Positions 47,785-58,297 of a DNA stretch of 64,000 nucleotides are shown piece after piece. The translations under genes were made by a program, and so were the position numbers. The DNA is from an uncultured delta proteobacterium. Lineage in GTDB: Bacteria > Desulfobacterota > WTBG01 > CAIYCZ01 > CAIRTM01. The stretch's first letter is position 1, and every line of letters begins with the position of its first letter. Where the stretch lies: NCBI GenBank assembly GCA_963723235.1, contig CAVRPV010000017.1, positions 17,084-81,083 on the forward strand. Direction: 5' to 3'. A model generated the notes under the pieces. That model had not been told where the DNA came from, searched no databases, and saw only the letters and a program-made list of their open reading frames with translations.

Positions 47785-48656
47785 TGAAAAAACTGCTTAA
47801 ACTGGGAATCCTGTTCGCTGTCGTGCTTGCGGGCAGCGCTTTTATCGTCTCAAGTTTCTTAAAAGCATCACGCCCTCCCCAGGCTGCCGAGCCGCCGGTC
47901 ATCTCCGCAGCACCGGTTAAAGTGTTCGGCGTCATTGAACCGGCAGGCCGGGAGGTTTTTGTCGGTCCGCCGCTTTCGCGCAGGATTATCAGCGTGCATG
48001 CCGTCGAAGGCGACACGGTCGTGCGCGGGCAGTTGCTTGCCGAGTTGGAAAACAGCGTTGAGCGCGCACAGGTCGCGCTCAACGAAACAAAAATCGAGCT
48101 TGCCCGCAAGGCCATAGAGCTCGAAGAAGACAGCATGAAACGCTCCCAGCAGCTGTACAAGAAAAACATCGACTCGGAATACACCTACACTCAGACGCGC
48201 CTGCGCAAGGAATTGGAAGAAAAACGGCTTGCCGTCTCCAGCGAGGAGCTCAAACACGCTCAGGCCCAGCTTGAGCAGACAATGCTGCGCTCACCCATTG
48301 ACGGCATGATCTACAAATTTGACGTGCGTCTTGGAGAGACCCTGCAATCCGGTGACAACAGCCGTATTATTCTGGGAGAAAAAGGATACTGGGCGCGCAT
48401 GTGGGTTGAATCGTTCTGGCGCGAGCGCATACACCCTGAATCAGTATACACCCTCTACGACAGCGAAACCCGCCAGCAAATCGGCACCGGAAAATTTTTA
48501 AAACGGATCCCCTACATGGGCCGCCGCGATTTTCGCACGGAGGATTTGCAGGAACGCTTCGATACCAAGTTTCAGGAAGTCATTCTGGAAGTCGAACCTA
48601 TTGCTGGAGAAACCCTGCCGATCGGGATTACGGTCATGGCCGAGCTTGCGCAGTAA
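47784..48656 (+). CDS. HlyD-family membrane-fusion (periplasmic adaptor) protein, DevB-like
   Basis: 290 aa with an N-terminal TM segment, a coiled-coil hairpin and beta-barrel segments. Its start overlaps the ATPase stop (TGATG). Confidence 0.85.
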   Translation: MKKLLKLGILFAVVLAGSAFIVSSFLKASRPPQAAEPPVISAAPVKVFGVIEPAGREVFVGPPLSRRIISVHAVEGDTVVRGQLLAELENSVERAQVALNETKIELARKAIELEEDSMKRSQQLYKKNIDSEYTYTQTRLRKELEEKRLAVSSEELKHAQAQLEQTMLRSPIDGMIYKFDVRLGETLQSGDNSRIILGEKGYWARMWVESFWRERIHPESVYTLYDSETRQQIGTGKFLKRIPYMGRRDFRTEDLQERFDTKFQEVILEVEPIAGETLPIGITVMAELAQ

Positions 48657-48681
48657 CGGACGCACATAAACATCCCTCCAC

Positions 48682-48713
48682 AAAAAAAGGCAGGGCCATG
48701 TGCTGACCCTGCC
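48682..48713 (-). terminator. Intrinsic terminator downstream of the DUF1566/TSP3 gene
   Basis: The minus strand reads GGCAGGG-N11-CCCTGCC followed by TTTTTTT. Confidence 0.6.
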
Positions 48714-48744
48714 TGTACCTAGCCATTATTTAAAATAGCACTTA

Positions 48745-50099
48745 CTACGGTGTACAAACCGCCTCACAGACTGTCTGGCCGCAACCGCCGCAACCCGGTG
48801 CTGTGTCGCAGACATCGCCAATCCCGTCGCCATCTGCGTCCTTTTGCTGAGTGTTGCAGGTGGCTGGGCAGTTATCTACGCCATCAGCAATACCGTCATT
48901 GTCCGAATCGCACTGGCCCTGAACTTCGCAAGCTGTCTGGCCGCACCCGCCGCAGCCCGGTGCTGTGTCGCAGACATCGCCGATGCCGTCGCCATCTGCA
49001 TCTTTTTGCTGGGGATTGCACTTGCTCGGGCAGTTATCCTGACTATCAACAAACCCATCAAGGTCTGTATCAGTATCCTCAACCTGGTACGCACGCACCG
49101 TTGATGCATTCATCGCCCTCTAAGCAGTCGCTGTCATCTATACACCAATCACCATTGGATCTGCACGGCCCGCCGCGCACCGCACGCACATAAGCATGGT
49201 CGCTCGTATAGCTGTAGTCCACGTTGCCGGTGTAGAAATTCATGCCCCACGCATCGTCGGTACCGAGTGCGTAGGTAGTAGACGACCAGTAATACCACCC
49301 CACCGTTTTGGGAAATGTTGTAGCCGGGCCATATCGTCCGTAATCTATTAGGGTTTGCAGCTCATTTCGTGTAGGCAGCCGCCAGTCGTTGTGGTCGAGA
49401 TAGTTGCTGGTGTTGAGGCCCTGCACATGATCCAGCGCCTGTTGCCAGGTTGGGTCTGTGGCGTAGCCCGTGCAAGCAGCTTCCGTTCCATACCTGCCCG
49501 TAGTTGCACTGCTGCCACATCAGGCCTGTAGTTAGGGTCGGACACCGTACCATCGCCATTAATGGCCAAAGGATCAAATGACCGATACGGTCCGCCCCGC
49601 ACGGCGAGCACGTAATCGTAATCTGACTCTTATAGTAGTTGTCCACGCCGCCGCCGTTGAACACCACGTACCACGCGCGGTCGGTACCGTTAGCGCGGGT
49701 AGTCGACGACCAACAAGAAGACGCCACCGAGTCTAAATATCGGGTCTATTGCTAGGATCGGGACGACCCGCATCGATAAGGCGTTGAGAGTTCGTCTATG
49801 CTCGGCAAACGCCAGTCAGTATATCCATAGTTTTCATTGATGCCTGCGTTCATTTCCGCCACGTAACCCAAGGCCAGCTGCCAGGTATAGGTGCCCGGGT
49901 GGTTGCCTGCTGCCACTCCAGCCCCGTCACATTATCCCGCACAATGCCGTTGCCAAGGTCGGTGTAGGATTTCGGGTTGCAGACCCGCTCATTGTCGAGG
50001 TGCCCCCGTGTCGAGCACATAGTTGGTCTGCGCCAACGAGTTTGTAACAGTCACCAGCAAAAAACAAACCGCCAGTCCGACAATACTTTTCTTAATCAT
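48745..50099 (-). pseudogene. Secreted protein with two DUF1566 (Lcl C-terminal-like) domains and thrombospondin type-3 repeats, with about eight reading-frame changes
   Basis: The ATG at 50099 has a GGTGGAG RBS and a signal peptide 'MIKKSIVGLAVCFLLVTVTNSLAQ'. Stitched across frames it reads '...DNVTGLEWQQ...YTDWRLPSIDELSTLID...CWSSTT...AWYVVF...YVLAVRGG...TGLMWQQ...NDWRLPTRNELQTLIDY...YWSSTT...AYVRAVRGG', then 'DNCPSKCNPQQKDADGDGIGDVCD' twice. Span is 1355 nt (3n+2). Confidence 0.75.
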
Positions 50100-50315
50100 G
50101 GTGCTCCACCCTTCAAATGTATTCTCTTGTAATAGCTATACCCTGTTTGGGTGTGCCCGTCCGCCGACCGGTCTGTCCGCAAGGGTTGTTCAGCCGGGTT
50201 GACGATGCAACCATCAGTTCACTCAACCGAAGAACCGTTACGAAATCGCATTAACAACTTCTATGTATATTGGCCAGTGCACATGGGTCTGGTCCCCACA
50301 GTGAACCAGTATTTA

Positions 50316-52314
50316 CTACGGTGTGCACACCACCTCACACACCGGCTGCCCGCATCCACCGCAGCCCGGGGCTGTATCGCAGACATCGCCAATCCCGTCG
50401 CTATCTGCGTCCTTCTGCTGAGTGTTGCATTTGGCCGGGCAGTTATCTGTGCTGTCAGCAATACCGTCGTGATCTGAATCGCACTGACCCTGAACTTCGC
50501 AAGCTGTCTGCGCAGCCGCCGCAACCCGGTGCTGTGTCGCAAACATCACCGATTCCGTCGCCATCTGCGTCCTTTTGCTGAGGATTGCAGATGCTCGGAC
50601 AGTTATCCTGACTATCAAAAAACCCATCAAAGTCACTATCAGTAAGCGATACGCATGCGCCTTCAACGCATTCAGACCCCTGTGAACAATCACCATTGAT
50701 AAGACATTCAACGCACACGTCAGCTGCTTCATCGCAGACCGGTGTTTTGTCAGTGCAGGGGTTGCCCGCAGACCCGCACATGCCTGCCGTGCATGTCTCT
50801 TCACCGTTGCAGAACTCACCGTCGTCTGGACAATCCGCGTTTTCAAAGCATTCCGGGGCAACTCTAAACACACGCCACCCTCAACGCATTCAAAGCCATC
50901 TACGCAGTCGTTGTCATTAACACATTCGGGCACCTCATAGCGCCATAGGTCATTAAGGCGTGTGGCGCTGTCGTCTCTTATGCCTCCGAACTGCCAGAAA
51001 TTACCATCACTGTCTATCCACGAAACGCCACGGCTACGAGCACCAGGGGTATTGGCCGCATCAGGTGTACCCTTGCTTCCGTAGACACCTGCCGTGTTGA
51101 TTATCGACGAACCGTCCATCCAAACCCACTGGTTTGCTGCTGGCGCATAGCGCCACAGGTCGTTTAGATAGCCAGAAGATGTGGTATCGCCGCATCCATA
51201 TCCCCCCCATAGCCAGACATTGCCGTTCTTGTCTATCCACGAAATGCTGTTCAGCCGAGTTCCCGGTACGTTGCCCGCATCCGGTATGCCCATTGTGCCA
51301 TAGACGCCGGACTGTTCTGTTGTGTCAGATCCGTTCATCCAGGTCCACATCCCTGTGGTAGGGTCATAGCGCCATAAGTCGTTAAAGGTGATATAGTCGG
51401 GATTAAAAAAATACCCCCCGCCGAACAACCACAGATTATCAGAGCTGTCAGTCCAAGCAACACTGTTCCCTCGCGCGCCCGGCACGTTGGCGGCAGCCGG
51501 TGTGCCCTTGGTTCCGTAGGTGCCAGCTTGCTTTATCCTATTCGAGCCGCTTGTCCATGTCCACTGATTGGTAACACAATCATAGCGCCACAAGTCGTTC
51601 AGCTCGCCTAAAGTTTCTAAACTTGCAGTTGCGTCGAAACCAAACCCACCGAAGATCCAGAAATTACCGTCATTGTCTATCCACCTACCACCGCGACTAC
51701 GACCGCCGGGGATATTGGCAGCATTAGGTGTGCCCTTAATCCCGTAGGTGCCAGCCTGGTTGATGTATTGTGTACCGCTCACCCACGTCCACATGTTGGT
51801 ATCAGGATTATAACGCCACAAGTCGTTTAGATAGCCTTTAGCATTGTTAGTCGTGCAGCCATATCCACCGAACAGCCAGAAGTTACCGTTTTTGTCTATC
51901 CAGCAAGTACCGCCATTACGAGCACCGGGTTCAGTGTCTGTGCGAGGAAAACCCTTGGTTCCGTAGGTGCCAGCCTGGTCTTACCGTTTTCGAGCCTCTC
52001 ATCCATGTCCACTCATTGGTTATAGGATCATAGCGCCACAGATCATTTAGGTGGCCGCTAGTTGTAGTGGTGCCATAACCCAACCCCCCAAACAACCAGA
52101 AGTTACCATCGCTGTCTGTCCACGAGATGCTGCCTTGACGAGCGCCGGGCACATTGGCGGCAGCCGGTATGCCTTTGATACCATAAGCGCCAAGCTGAGC
52201 TGATGTATTAGACCCGCTCATCCAGGTCCACTCACCGACAGCCGCCAGTGACATACCCGGCATCATAAACAAGATCAAACAAACTGCCAGCCCCAAAAAA
52301 AATTTCTTAGCCAT
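50316..52314 (-). pseudogene. Secreted Kelch-repeat beta-propeller protein with a Cys-rich linker and thrombospondin type-3 repeats, with three frame disruptions
   Basis: Signal peptide 'MAKKFFLGLAVCLILFMMPGMSLAA'. About seven repeats fit '..W(T/V)WMSGS...GxYGxKG.P...PGxR....W.D..GN.WLFGG.G......LNDLWRY'. Frame changes are at ~51977, ~50866-50880 and 50510-50512. Span is 1999 nt (3n+1). Confidence 0.8.
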
Positions 52315-52488
52315 TAAACACTCCATGCATTAATAGTTCCCACCCGGTTTTGCCTTGAAATGAGCGTGTGAGTTCATTATATCGGTTAATTTTTTTACAA
52401 AATTAACATATTTTATTCTTACCTATCAAACTGAATTATACGATTTAATCATTTTCAAATTTATATGATTAAGGCAAATAAAACGAAC

Positions 52489-52518
52489 AAAAAAGCCCCT
52501 GATTTCTCAAGGGCTTTT
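52489..52518 (-). terminator. Intrinsic terminator between the tandem-HTH gene and the Kelch gene
   Basis: The minus strand reads AGCCC-N12-GGGCT followed by TTTTTT. The hairpin has A/T runs on both sides. Confidence 0.5.
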
Positions 52519-52779
52519 ATATGTTCCGTGAGTACCCCGGTTTATGTTTTGAAGAAGATCAGCTCCATCGAACAGGAGCTATAAAACACTGCGCATGTCG
52601 AGGGCGATTCTTTTAATTTTCACCCCATTCGTTTTCAATCGTCCGATCGCGTGAACTTAACCGGCGGAGTTATGCTTTTTGCCCACCTGCCCGACAAAAT
52701 CTCAATATACCTGCTGGCGCTTCTCTTCCGTATGTCCCACACCCCGCATGACAAACATGTGACCACAGCGCAACCGGCC

Positions 52780-53493
52780 CTACCCCAAACGCCGCTTCGC
52801 CTCAGCCTTACTCATTTTCACTACACCCTGCAGCTGCCGGGCGGTAGCGGCCCGCAGTTTCAATGTCCCCTTTTTGCGTTCCCAGACGGATACGATCTGA
52901 TTGCTGACCCCGACAAGCGTGGCAAGCTCCTGCTGAGAAACCCCCAATCGCGTCCGAAGCTTTACAACCCCGGCACCATCCATGCTCATCACAGGACCGC
53001 TGATTGTGGATGCGGACTGTGCCCCGGCCTTAGCGGATTTCTTTGTTTTCAAATCTTTTCCCAGCCGCACACATACGGCATCCTTCTTTTCCTGTTTCAA
53101 TGCGGCCAGAGCTGTGCGAACTTTTTCTTTTCTGATCTGCACGCGTCCCTTTTTAGTTTCCCAAACCGAGACCACCTGCATGCTCACTCCCAGCAGTTTG
53201 GCCAGCTCGGTCTGCGTGATGCCGAGGCGCTTGCGCATGCTTTTGAGCGCCTTTGCCGTAACGCGAACATCATCAGGCGCACCAGCATCAGGTGCTTCAG
53301 CACCGGCAGTACGCAGCGCAACTGAGGCCTGATGTTTTGCTTGCTTTTCAAGCACTGCAATGCGCCGTTTATATTCGGCACTCGCTTTTTTCAAAACAGC
53401 CAGCCCCTGTTTCTGGGCAGCAGCCATCTGGGCGATCTCGCGATGAACAATACGCTGAATTTCAGCCTTTAACACTTTTGCAATGCTGGACAT
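52780..53493 (-). CDS. Protein with an N-terminal coiled coil and two tandem XRE-type HTH domains
   Basis: The ATG at 53493 has a GGAGA RBS. The two HTH domains are 'LGITQTELAKLLGVSMQVVSVWETKKG' and 'LGVSQQELATLVGVSNQIVSVWERKKG'. Confidence 0.75.
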   Translation of the reverse strand: MSSIAKVLKAEIQRIVHREIAQMAAAQKQGLAVLKKASAEYKRRIAVLEKQAKHQASVALRTAGAEAPDAGAPDDVRVTAKALKSMRKRLGITQTELAKLLGVSMQVVSVWETKKGRVQIRKEKVRTALAALKQEKKDAVCVRLGKDLKTKKSAKAGAQSASTISGPVMSMDGAGVVKLRTRLGVSQQELATLVGVSNQIVSVWERKKGTLKLRAATARQLQGVVKMSKAEAKRRLG

Positions 53494-53541
53494 ATTCTGG
53501 TCTCCTCTCTGTTGCGAGGTGAGTATTTGAAACTCTTTAGC

Positions 53542-53679
53542 AGGCTGTTCAAAAAAACCCGGATGCAAGGCGCTCTGATATCATGATTTGTAGGGGCACG
53601 GTATGCCGATGCCCCTACGCTACGCCGCAATGACGAATGATGAGTACATACGCAGCAGATGGGTATTTTTCAACAGCCT
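53542..53679 (+). repeat. REP/MITE-like element, family R, copy 2
   Basis: Termini are AGGCTGTTCAAAAAAA...ATTTTTCAACAGCCT, with the core '...GCTACGCCGCAATGACGAATGATGAG'. It ends 2 nt before the surA-like stop codon. Confidence 0.75.
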
Positions 53680-53680
53680 G

Positions 53681-54637
53681 CTAATACATGATCTCAATGT
53701 GTGACTGCTCGCGCAAAGCTGTATACCACTTCGTGTATAGCTTCTCAAAAGCCTGGCCATAGAGAGCGCGCTTGATGTCGCTCGCATACGTTTTCCAGGT
53801 TTGCGGTGTATCGCCGGAATCACGGAACGTGACCTTGATAATATGAAAACCGACCGGGGTTTTGATCACCGGGCTCACCGTATCGACGGGTATGCTGAAA
53901 GCTGCCTGCTCAATCTCCGGCAGCAGCTGGTTCTTATAGAAAAAACCAAGATCACCTTCTCCCGGTTCCGAGGGCCACTGAGAATACGCCGACGCCAGCT
54001 CTCCAAAAGAAGCTCCGGCTTCAAGCTGCGCACGAAGCGATTCAGCCCTGGTTTTCAACGCGCTGATCTGCTCTTCGGTGAAATCCTCCTTGACCAGCAG
54101 CAGAATCTGGCTCAGGCGCACGCGCGCACCCGGTTTCACGCTGGGCGCAATATTCTCATTATAATATTTTTCCATTTCAGCATCGCTGATGGTAACTTTC
54201 GCATGAACCTCGCGCCCGATCAGCTCCGAGGTTGTCAATTCTGTGCGCATAGCAGAGCGGACATCCTCAATCATGAGACCCGCGCCCTCAAGCTGACTCT
54301 GCATAGCTTTAAAGCTCATATTATTGCGTACGAGCATGTTCTGCATCCCCTGATCAAGATCCTTGTCCTTGACCGTAATTTTCAAACGTTTTGCCTCCTG
54401 CAAGAGCAGTTTGCGCTCGACAAGCTGGTCAAGGATGCCGCGTTTTGTCGCCTGATCAGGTTTCTGCTTCTGATCAGCGCCCACCATGATAAGCACAAGA
54501 TAGCGGTCGAATTCAGACTGGGTTATGATCTCGTCGTTCACAACGGCGATAATCCGGTCAAACGTCTCAACAGCATCGACTCTCGGCGGGGCGATCAGCA
54601 ACCCGAACAGGCACAGTATGGAAACAACTCTCAGCAT
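53681..54637 (-). CDS. SurA-like periplasmic chaperone / parvulin-type peptidyl-prolyl isomerase
   Basis: Signal peptide 'MLRVVSILCLFGLLIAPP', a SurA_N-like region and a PpiC domain ('GDLGFF...VGFHIIKV'). Confidence 0.82.
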   Translation of the reverse strand: MLRVVSILCLFGLLIAPPRVDAVETFDRIIAVVNDEIITQSEFDRYLVLIMVGADQKQKPDQATKRGILDQLVERKLLLQEAKRLKITVKDKDLDQGMQNMLVRNNMSFKAMQSQLEGAGLMIEDVRSAMRTELTTSELIGREVHAKVTISDAEMEKYYNENIAPSVKPGARVRLSQILLLVKEDFTEEQISALKTRAESLRAQLEAGASFGELASAYSQWPSEPGEGDLGFFYKNQLLPEIEQAAFSIPVDTVSPVIKTPVGFHIIKVTFRDSGDTPQTWKTYASDIKRALYGQAFEKLYTKWYTALREQSHIEIMY

Positions 54638-54703
54638 GCACACACCCTTTAGAAAAAAAACAACGGCATACACCGCTTCAATCAATTTCGGCAGTATAGC
54701 GCT

Positions 54704-57700
54704 TTAACCACGACTTTGCAACTGCTTCAATATGGCACGGACCTCTGCCGGCATGTCAGCATCAGGGGCAACCCTGACATGCAGTTTCAATTCGGGCGTA
54801 AACTTGAAACGCCCCGGATCAGCGCTGACAATTCGCAGGATATGATCAAGCTGCTCGGAGGCATCATCGTGAAAGCTTAACACCAGGCAGCCCTTATAGT
54901 AATCAATAGAGGTGATCAATAGAGCGCGCAGCACAATGCGCAGGCGTGCGACCTCCAGCAGCAACTCGACCTGCTCCGGCAGAACACCGTAGCGGTCGCG
55001 CATTTCCTCTTCAATATCGCGGGATTCATCATCAGTAAGCGTTGACGCTATGCGGCGATACAGCACCAGGCGCTGATTCACGTCCGGAACATAATCCTTC
55101 GGAATATAGGCCTGCAGCTGCAGGTTGACTGCCGGGTCGATTTTGGGGCGCGCCTGCTCGCCTTTAAACTCGGCGATGGTCTCGGCAAGCAGCTCCAGAT
55201 ACATATCCATGCCGACCGAGGCCATGTGGCCCGACTGCGCATGCCCCAGTATATTGCCGGCCCCCCGGATCTGAAGATCACGGGTCGCCAGCCGGTAGCC
55301 GGAACCAAGCTCGCTGAATTCACTGAGCGCTTCAAGGCGCTTGGCAGCCTCCCGGCTGACAATGCTTGTGCCCGGAACCAGCATGCAGGCATAGGCACGA
55401 ACTTTGCCGCGGCCAACGCGCCCGCGCAGCTGATACATCTGGGCCAGTCCCAGACGATGCGCATTATTGATGATGATTGTATTCGCGCTGGGGAAATCAA
55501 GGCCGGATTCGATAATCGTGGTGCACAACAGCACATTGATTTCCCCGCGCACAAAACGCAGCATGACATCCTCAAGCTCATGCTCGTTCATCTGACCGTG
55601 AGCGATTCCCAGCTGCATTTCCGGCACCAGACGGCGCAAATACACTGCCATTGATTCAATTGATCGCACGCGGTCATGCACAAAGAATACCTGCCCGCCG
55701 CGCTTAAGTTCGCGCATGATCGCCTCCCGGATAAGCGCTTCATCGAAATGGGCGATAACGGTGCGGATCGACATGCGGTCCTGCGGCGGTGTTTCAATGG
55801 TTGAAAAATCGCGCACACCGAACAGCGACAGCTGCAGGGTGCGCGGAATCGGGGTTGCGGTCAGGGTCAACACATCAACCATGCGTTTGATCTGCTTGAT
55901 TTTTTCCTTCTGCTTAACGCCGAAACGATGCTCCTCATCAATTACCAGCAGGCCCAGGTCCTTGAAAACAACATCCCGGCTGACCAGCCTGTGCGTACCG
56001 ATGATAATATCAATGGTGCCCTGCCCCAACTCAGCAATAATCCGGCGCTGATCCTTCGGGCTGCGGAACCGGCTGATAATATCAACCCGCACGGGATAGG
56101 GAGCAAGCCGGGCCCGAAAGGTCTGATAGTGCTGCTGGGCAAGTATTGTGGTCGGCACGAACACGGCTGTCTGCTTACCCTGCATGGCCGCGCGAAAAGC
56201 GGCCCGCAGGGCCACTTCAGTTTTTCCGTAGCCGACATCACCGCAGACAAGCCGGTCCATCGGACGCTCGGAGGTCATGTCCTGCATGACATCCTGAATG
56301 GCGGCAGCCTGATCGGGGGTTTCCTCAAACGGAAACGCCGCCTCAAACTCGCGGTAATAATGGTCAGGCGGGGTAAATGCATGTCCGCGATACACCTTGC
56401 GCGCGGAATAAAGTTCAATCAGCTCGTGGGCGATTTTCTCGACCGACTCCTTGACCTTGCGCTTGGTGCTCTGCCAGCCCATGCCGCCGAGCCTGTCGAG
56501 CTTCGGGGGAGAATCCTCGGCACATTCGTATTTATTGATAAGCGTGATGCGGTCAACCGGCAAAAAAAGACGGTCGCCGCCCAGGTATTCCAGGCGCAGA
56601 TAATCAGCCTGCACCCCGCCGGCATTCAGCGTTTCAAGCCCGCGATATATCCCGATGCCGTTATCACGATGCACGATATAGTCACCGGGCAAAAGATCAC
56701 TGAAATCAGACAGCGCGGTTCCGGAGCGCAGGCGCGCACTGCGAGTGCGATGTTTCTTCTCGCCGAAAATCTCCTGTTCGGTCAACAGCACGAAGCGACC
56801 CGCATCGGTGCGAAATCCCCGCGCAATTGCACCCGTGAAAATTTCAACTGAGCCCGGCAAGGGTCGCTCAAGCAGCGCAGCGCAGGACGTATCAGCTATA
56901 AAATCGGCCCTCAGGCCGTAATCAGCAAACAAACCGCACAGGCGCTCGCACTGGCTTTTGGTGTGACAGGCCACAAGCACGCGATATCCGTCCTCAAGCC
57001 AGTTCTCCATGCGCGCTGCCAGCGCTGTCAGCACCCCGTCACTGCTGTCTACGGCCAGCAGTTCCTGCCTGATATCATCATTTGCCTGCGTAGCGAAGAG
57101 AACCTGCGGCAGCGTACGCCGGGCTGTCCAGCTTTCAAAACAAAGCGTCTGTGTGCATATCTGCGCATCAGACGGGTCTATAAAGGGCAGAAACATCTCC
57201 GTTGGTTCGGATGCGGCGCGGCGCTCTTCGCAGGTCGCCTGAAAACCGGAGAGAACATCCTGCTCAAGGGCGGCGATCTGCCGGGCGGATTCATCCGGAT
57301 CGCACCAGATCGCCAGGGTATCGGACGAAAGATAATCAATCAGCGACGCGGTGTGCGCATACACCAGTGACAGGCAGTAATCTGATCCTGCCGGAAGAAA
57401 CCCGCTGTGCAGATTTTCAACAAACGCCTGCCTCCGTGAACCTTCAAACGCCTGGGGATTTTCGGCAACACGCGCGGACAGGCCCGCCTGAACCTCGGGG
57501 CTGAGAATCAGCTCGCGCACCGGTGTAATATGCACGCAGGCAAGGTCGGTGTGCGAGCGCTGGGTGCGTGGATCAAACAGGCGCATTGATTCAACCGTAT
57601 CGCCAAACAGATCAATGCGCACAGGGCAGACGTAGCCCGGCGGAAAGATATCAAGAATTTCGCCGCGCACGCTTATATCGCCGCGATCCTCGGCCAGATT

Positions 57701-58291
57701 GACGCGCGTGTAACCGCAGGCAATCAGTGTGCGCAGCAGGGCGTCGCGGTCAAGCATGTCGCCGACCGCAATATCACAGCAGGCGTCAATCAAAATCTCC
57801 GGCGGCACAACACGCTGCTGCAAAGCCCGGCTGCAGGTGACCGTAATCAGGGGTCTGGTGGAAGCGCATAAACGATAGAGCGCCCACAATCGCCGGGCGC
57901 TCACGTCGCAGTGGATCAGCACCTGCTCATAGGGACGGGTATCGGGCGGCGGGAAAAAACACACATCACTTTCGGGGCCATCATCCTGATTGCGAAAAAA
58001 CAGCAGTTCGGAATACAGTTCAAGCGCATCATCGCGCGTGGGAGCGATAATGCAGAGCGGGCGCTTGAGTGCGTCAAACAGCAGGGACGCTGCCAGGGCG
58101 CCGGCTGAGCCCCGGATGCCGGAGGCATACAGCAACGGCGCGCTCTGACTCAGCGCGTCCAGCAGCGCGCGGCCTGATGTTTTTTCACTGAAAAATGCGG
58201 AACCGGCTATGGTCATACGGCGTGGAGAGTACTCGGCATTGGGAAAACTGATTGGATGCGGATCGACACGCAAGCGCACCGGCCTTTTCAA
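54704..58291 (-). CDS. mfd: Transcription-repair coupling factor
   Basis: 1195-aa ORF with 'GDVGYGKTEVA', 'DEEHRFGV', a CarD-like/RID region and a TRCF C-terminal domain. The true start may be the ATG at 58216. Confidence 0.95.
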   Translation of the reverse strand: MKRPVRLRVDPHPISFPNAEYSPRRMTIAGSAFFSEKTSGRALLDALSQSAPLLYASGIRGSAGALAASLLFDALKRPLCIIAPTRDDALELYSELLFFRNQDDGPESDVCFFPPPDTRPYEQVLIHCDVSARRLWALYRLCASTRPLITVTCSRALQQRVVPPEILIDACCDIAVGDMLDRDALLRTLIACGYTRVNLAEDRGDISVRGEILDIFPPGYVCPVRIDLFGDTVESMRLFDPRTQRSHTDLACVHITPVRELILSPEVQAGLSARVAENPQAFEGSRRQAFVENLHSGFLPAGSDYCLSLVYAHTASLIDYLSSDTLAIWCDPDESARQIAALEQDVLSGFQATCEERRAASEPTEMFLPFIDPSDAQICTQTLCFESWTARRTLPQVLFATQANDDIRQELLAVDSSDGVLTALAARMENWLEDGYRVLVACHTKSQCERLCGLFADYGLRADFIADTSCAALLERPLPGSVEIFTGAIARGFRTDAGRFVLLTEQEIFGEKKHRTRSARLRSGTALSDFSDLLPGDYIVHRDNGIGIYRGLETLNAGGVQADYLRLEYLGGDRLFLPVDRITLINKYECAEDSPPKLDRLGGMGWQSTKRKVKESVEKIAHELIELYSARKVYRGHAFTPPDHYYREFEAAFPFEETPDQAAAIQDVMQDMTSERPMDRLVCGDVGYGKTEVALRAAFRAAMQGKQTAVFVPTTILAQQHYQTFRARLAPYPVRVDIISRFRSPKDQRRIIAELGQGTIDIIIGTHRLVSRDVVFKDLGLLVIDEEHRFGVKQKEKIKQIKRMVDVLTLTATPIPRTLQLSLFGVRDFSTIETPPQDRMSIRTVIAHFDEALIREAIMRELKRGGQVFFVHDRVRSIESMAVYLRRLVPEMQLGIAHGQMNEHELEDVMLRFVRGEINVLLCTTIIESGLDFPSANTIIINNAHRLGLAQMYQLRGRVGRGKVRAYACMLVPGTSIVSREAAKRLEALSEFSELGSGYRLATRDLQIRGAGNILGHAQSGHMASVGMDMYLELLAETIAEFKGEQARPKIDPAVNLQLQAYIPKDYVPDVNQRLVLYRRIASTLTDDESRDIEEEMRDRYGVLPEQVELLLEVARLRIVLRALLITSIDYYKGCLVLSFHDDASEQLDHILRIVSADPGRFKFTPELKLHVRVAPDADMPAEVRAILKQLQSRG

Positions 58292-58297
58292 ACACGG

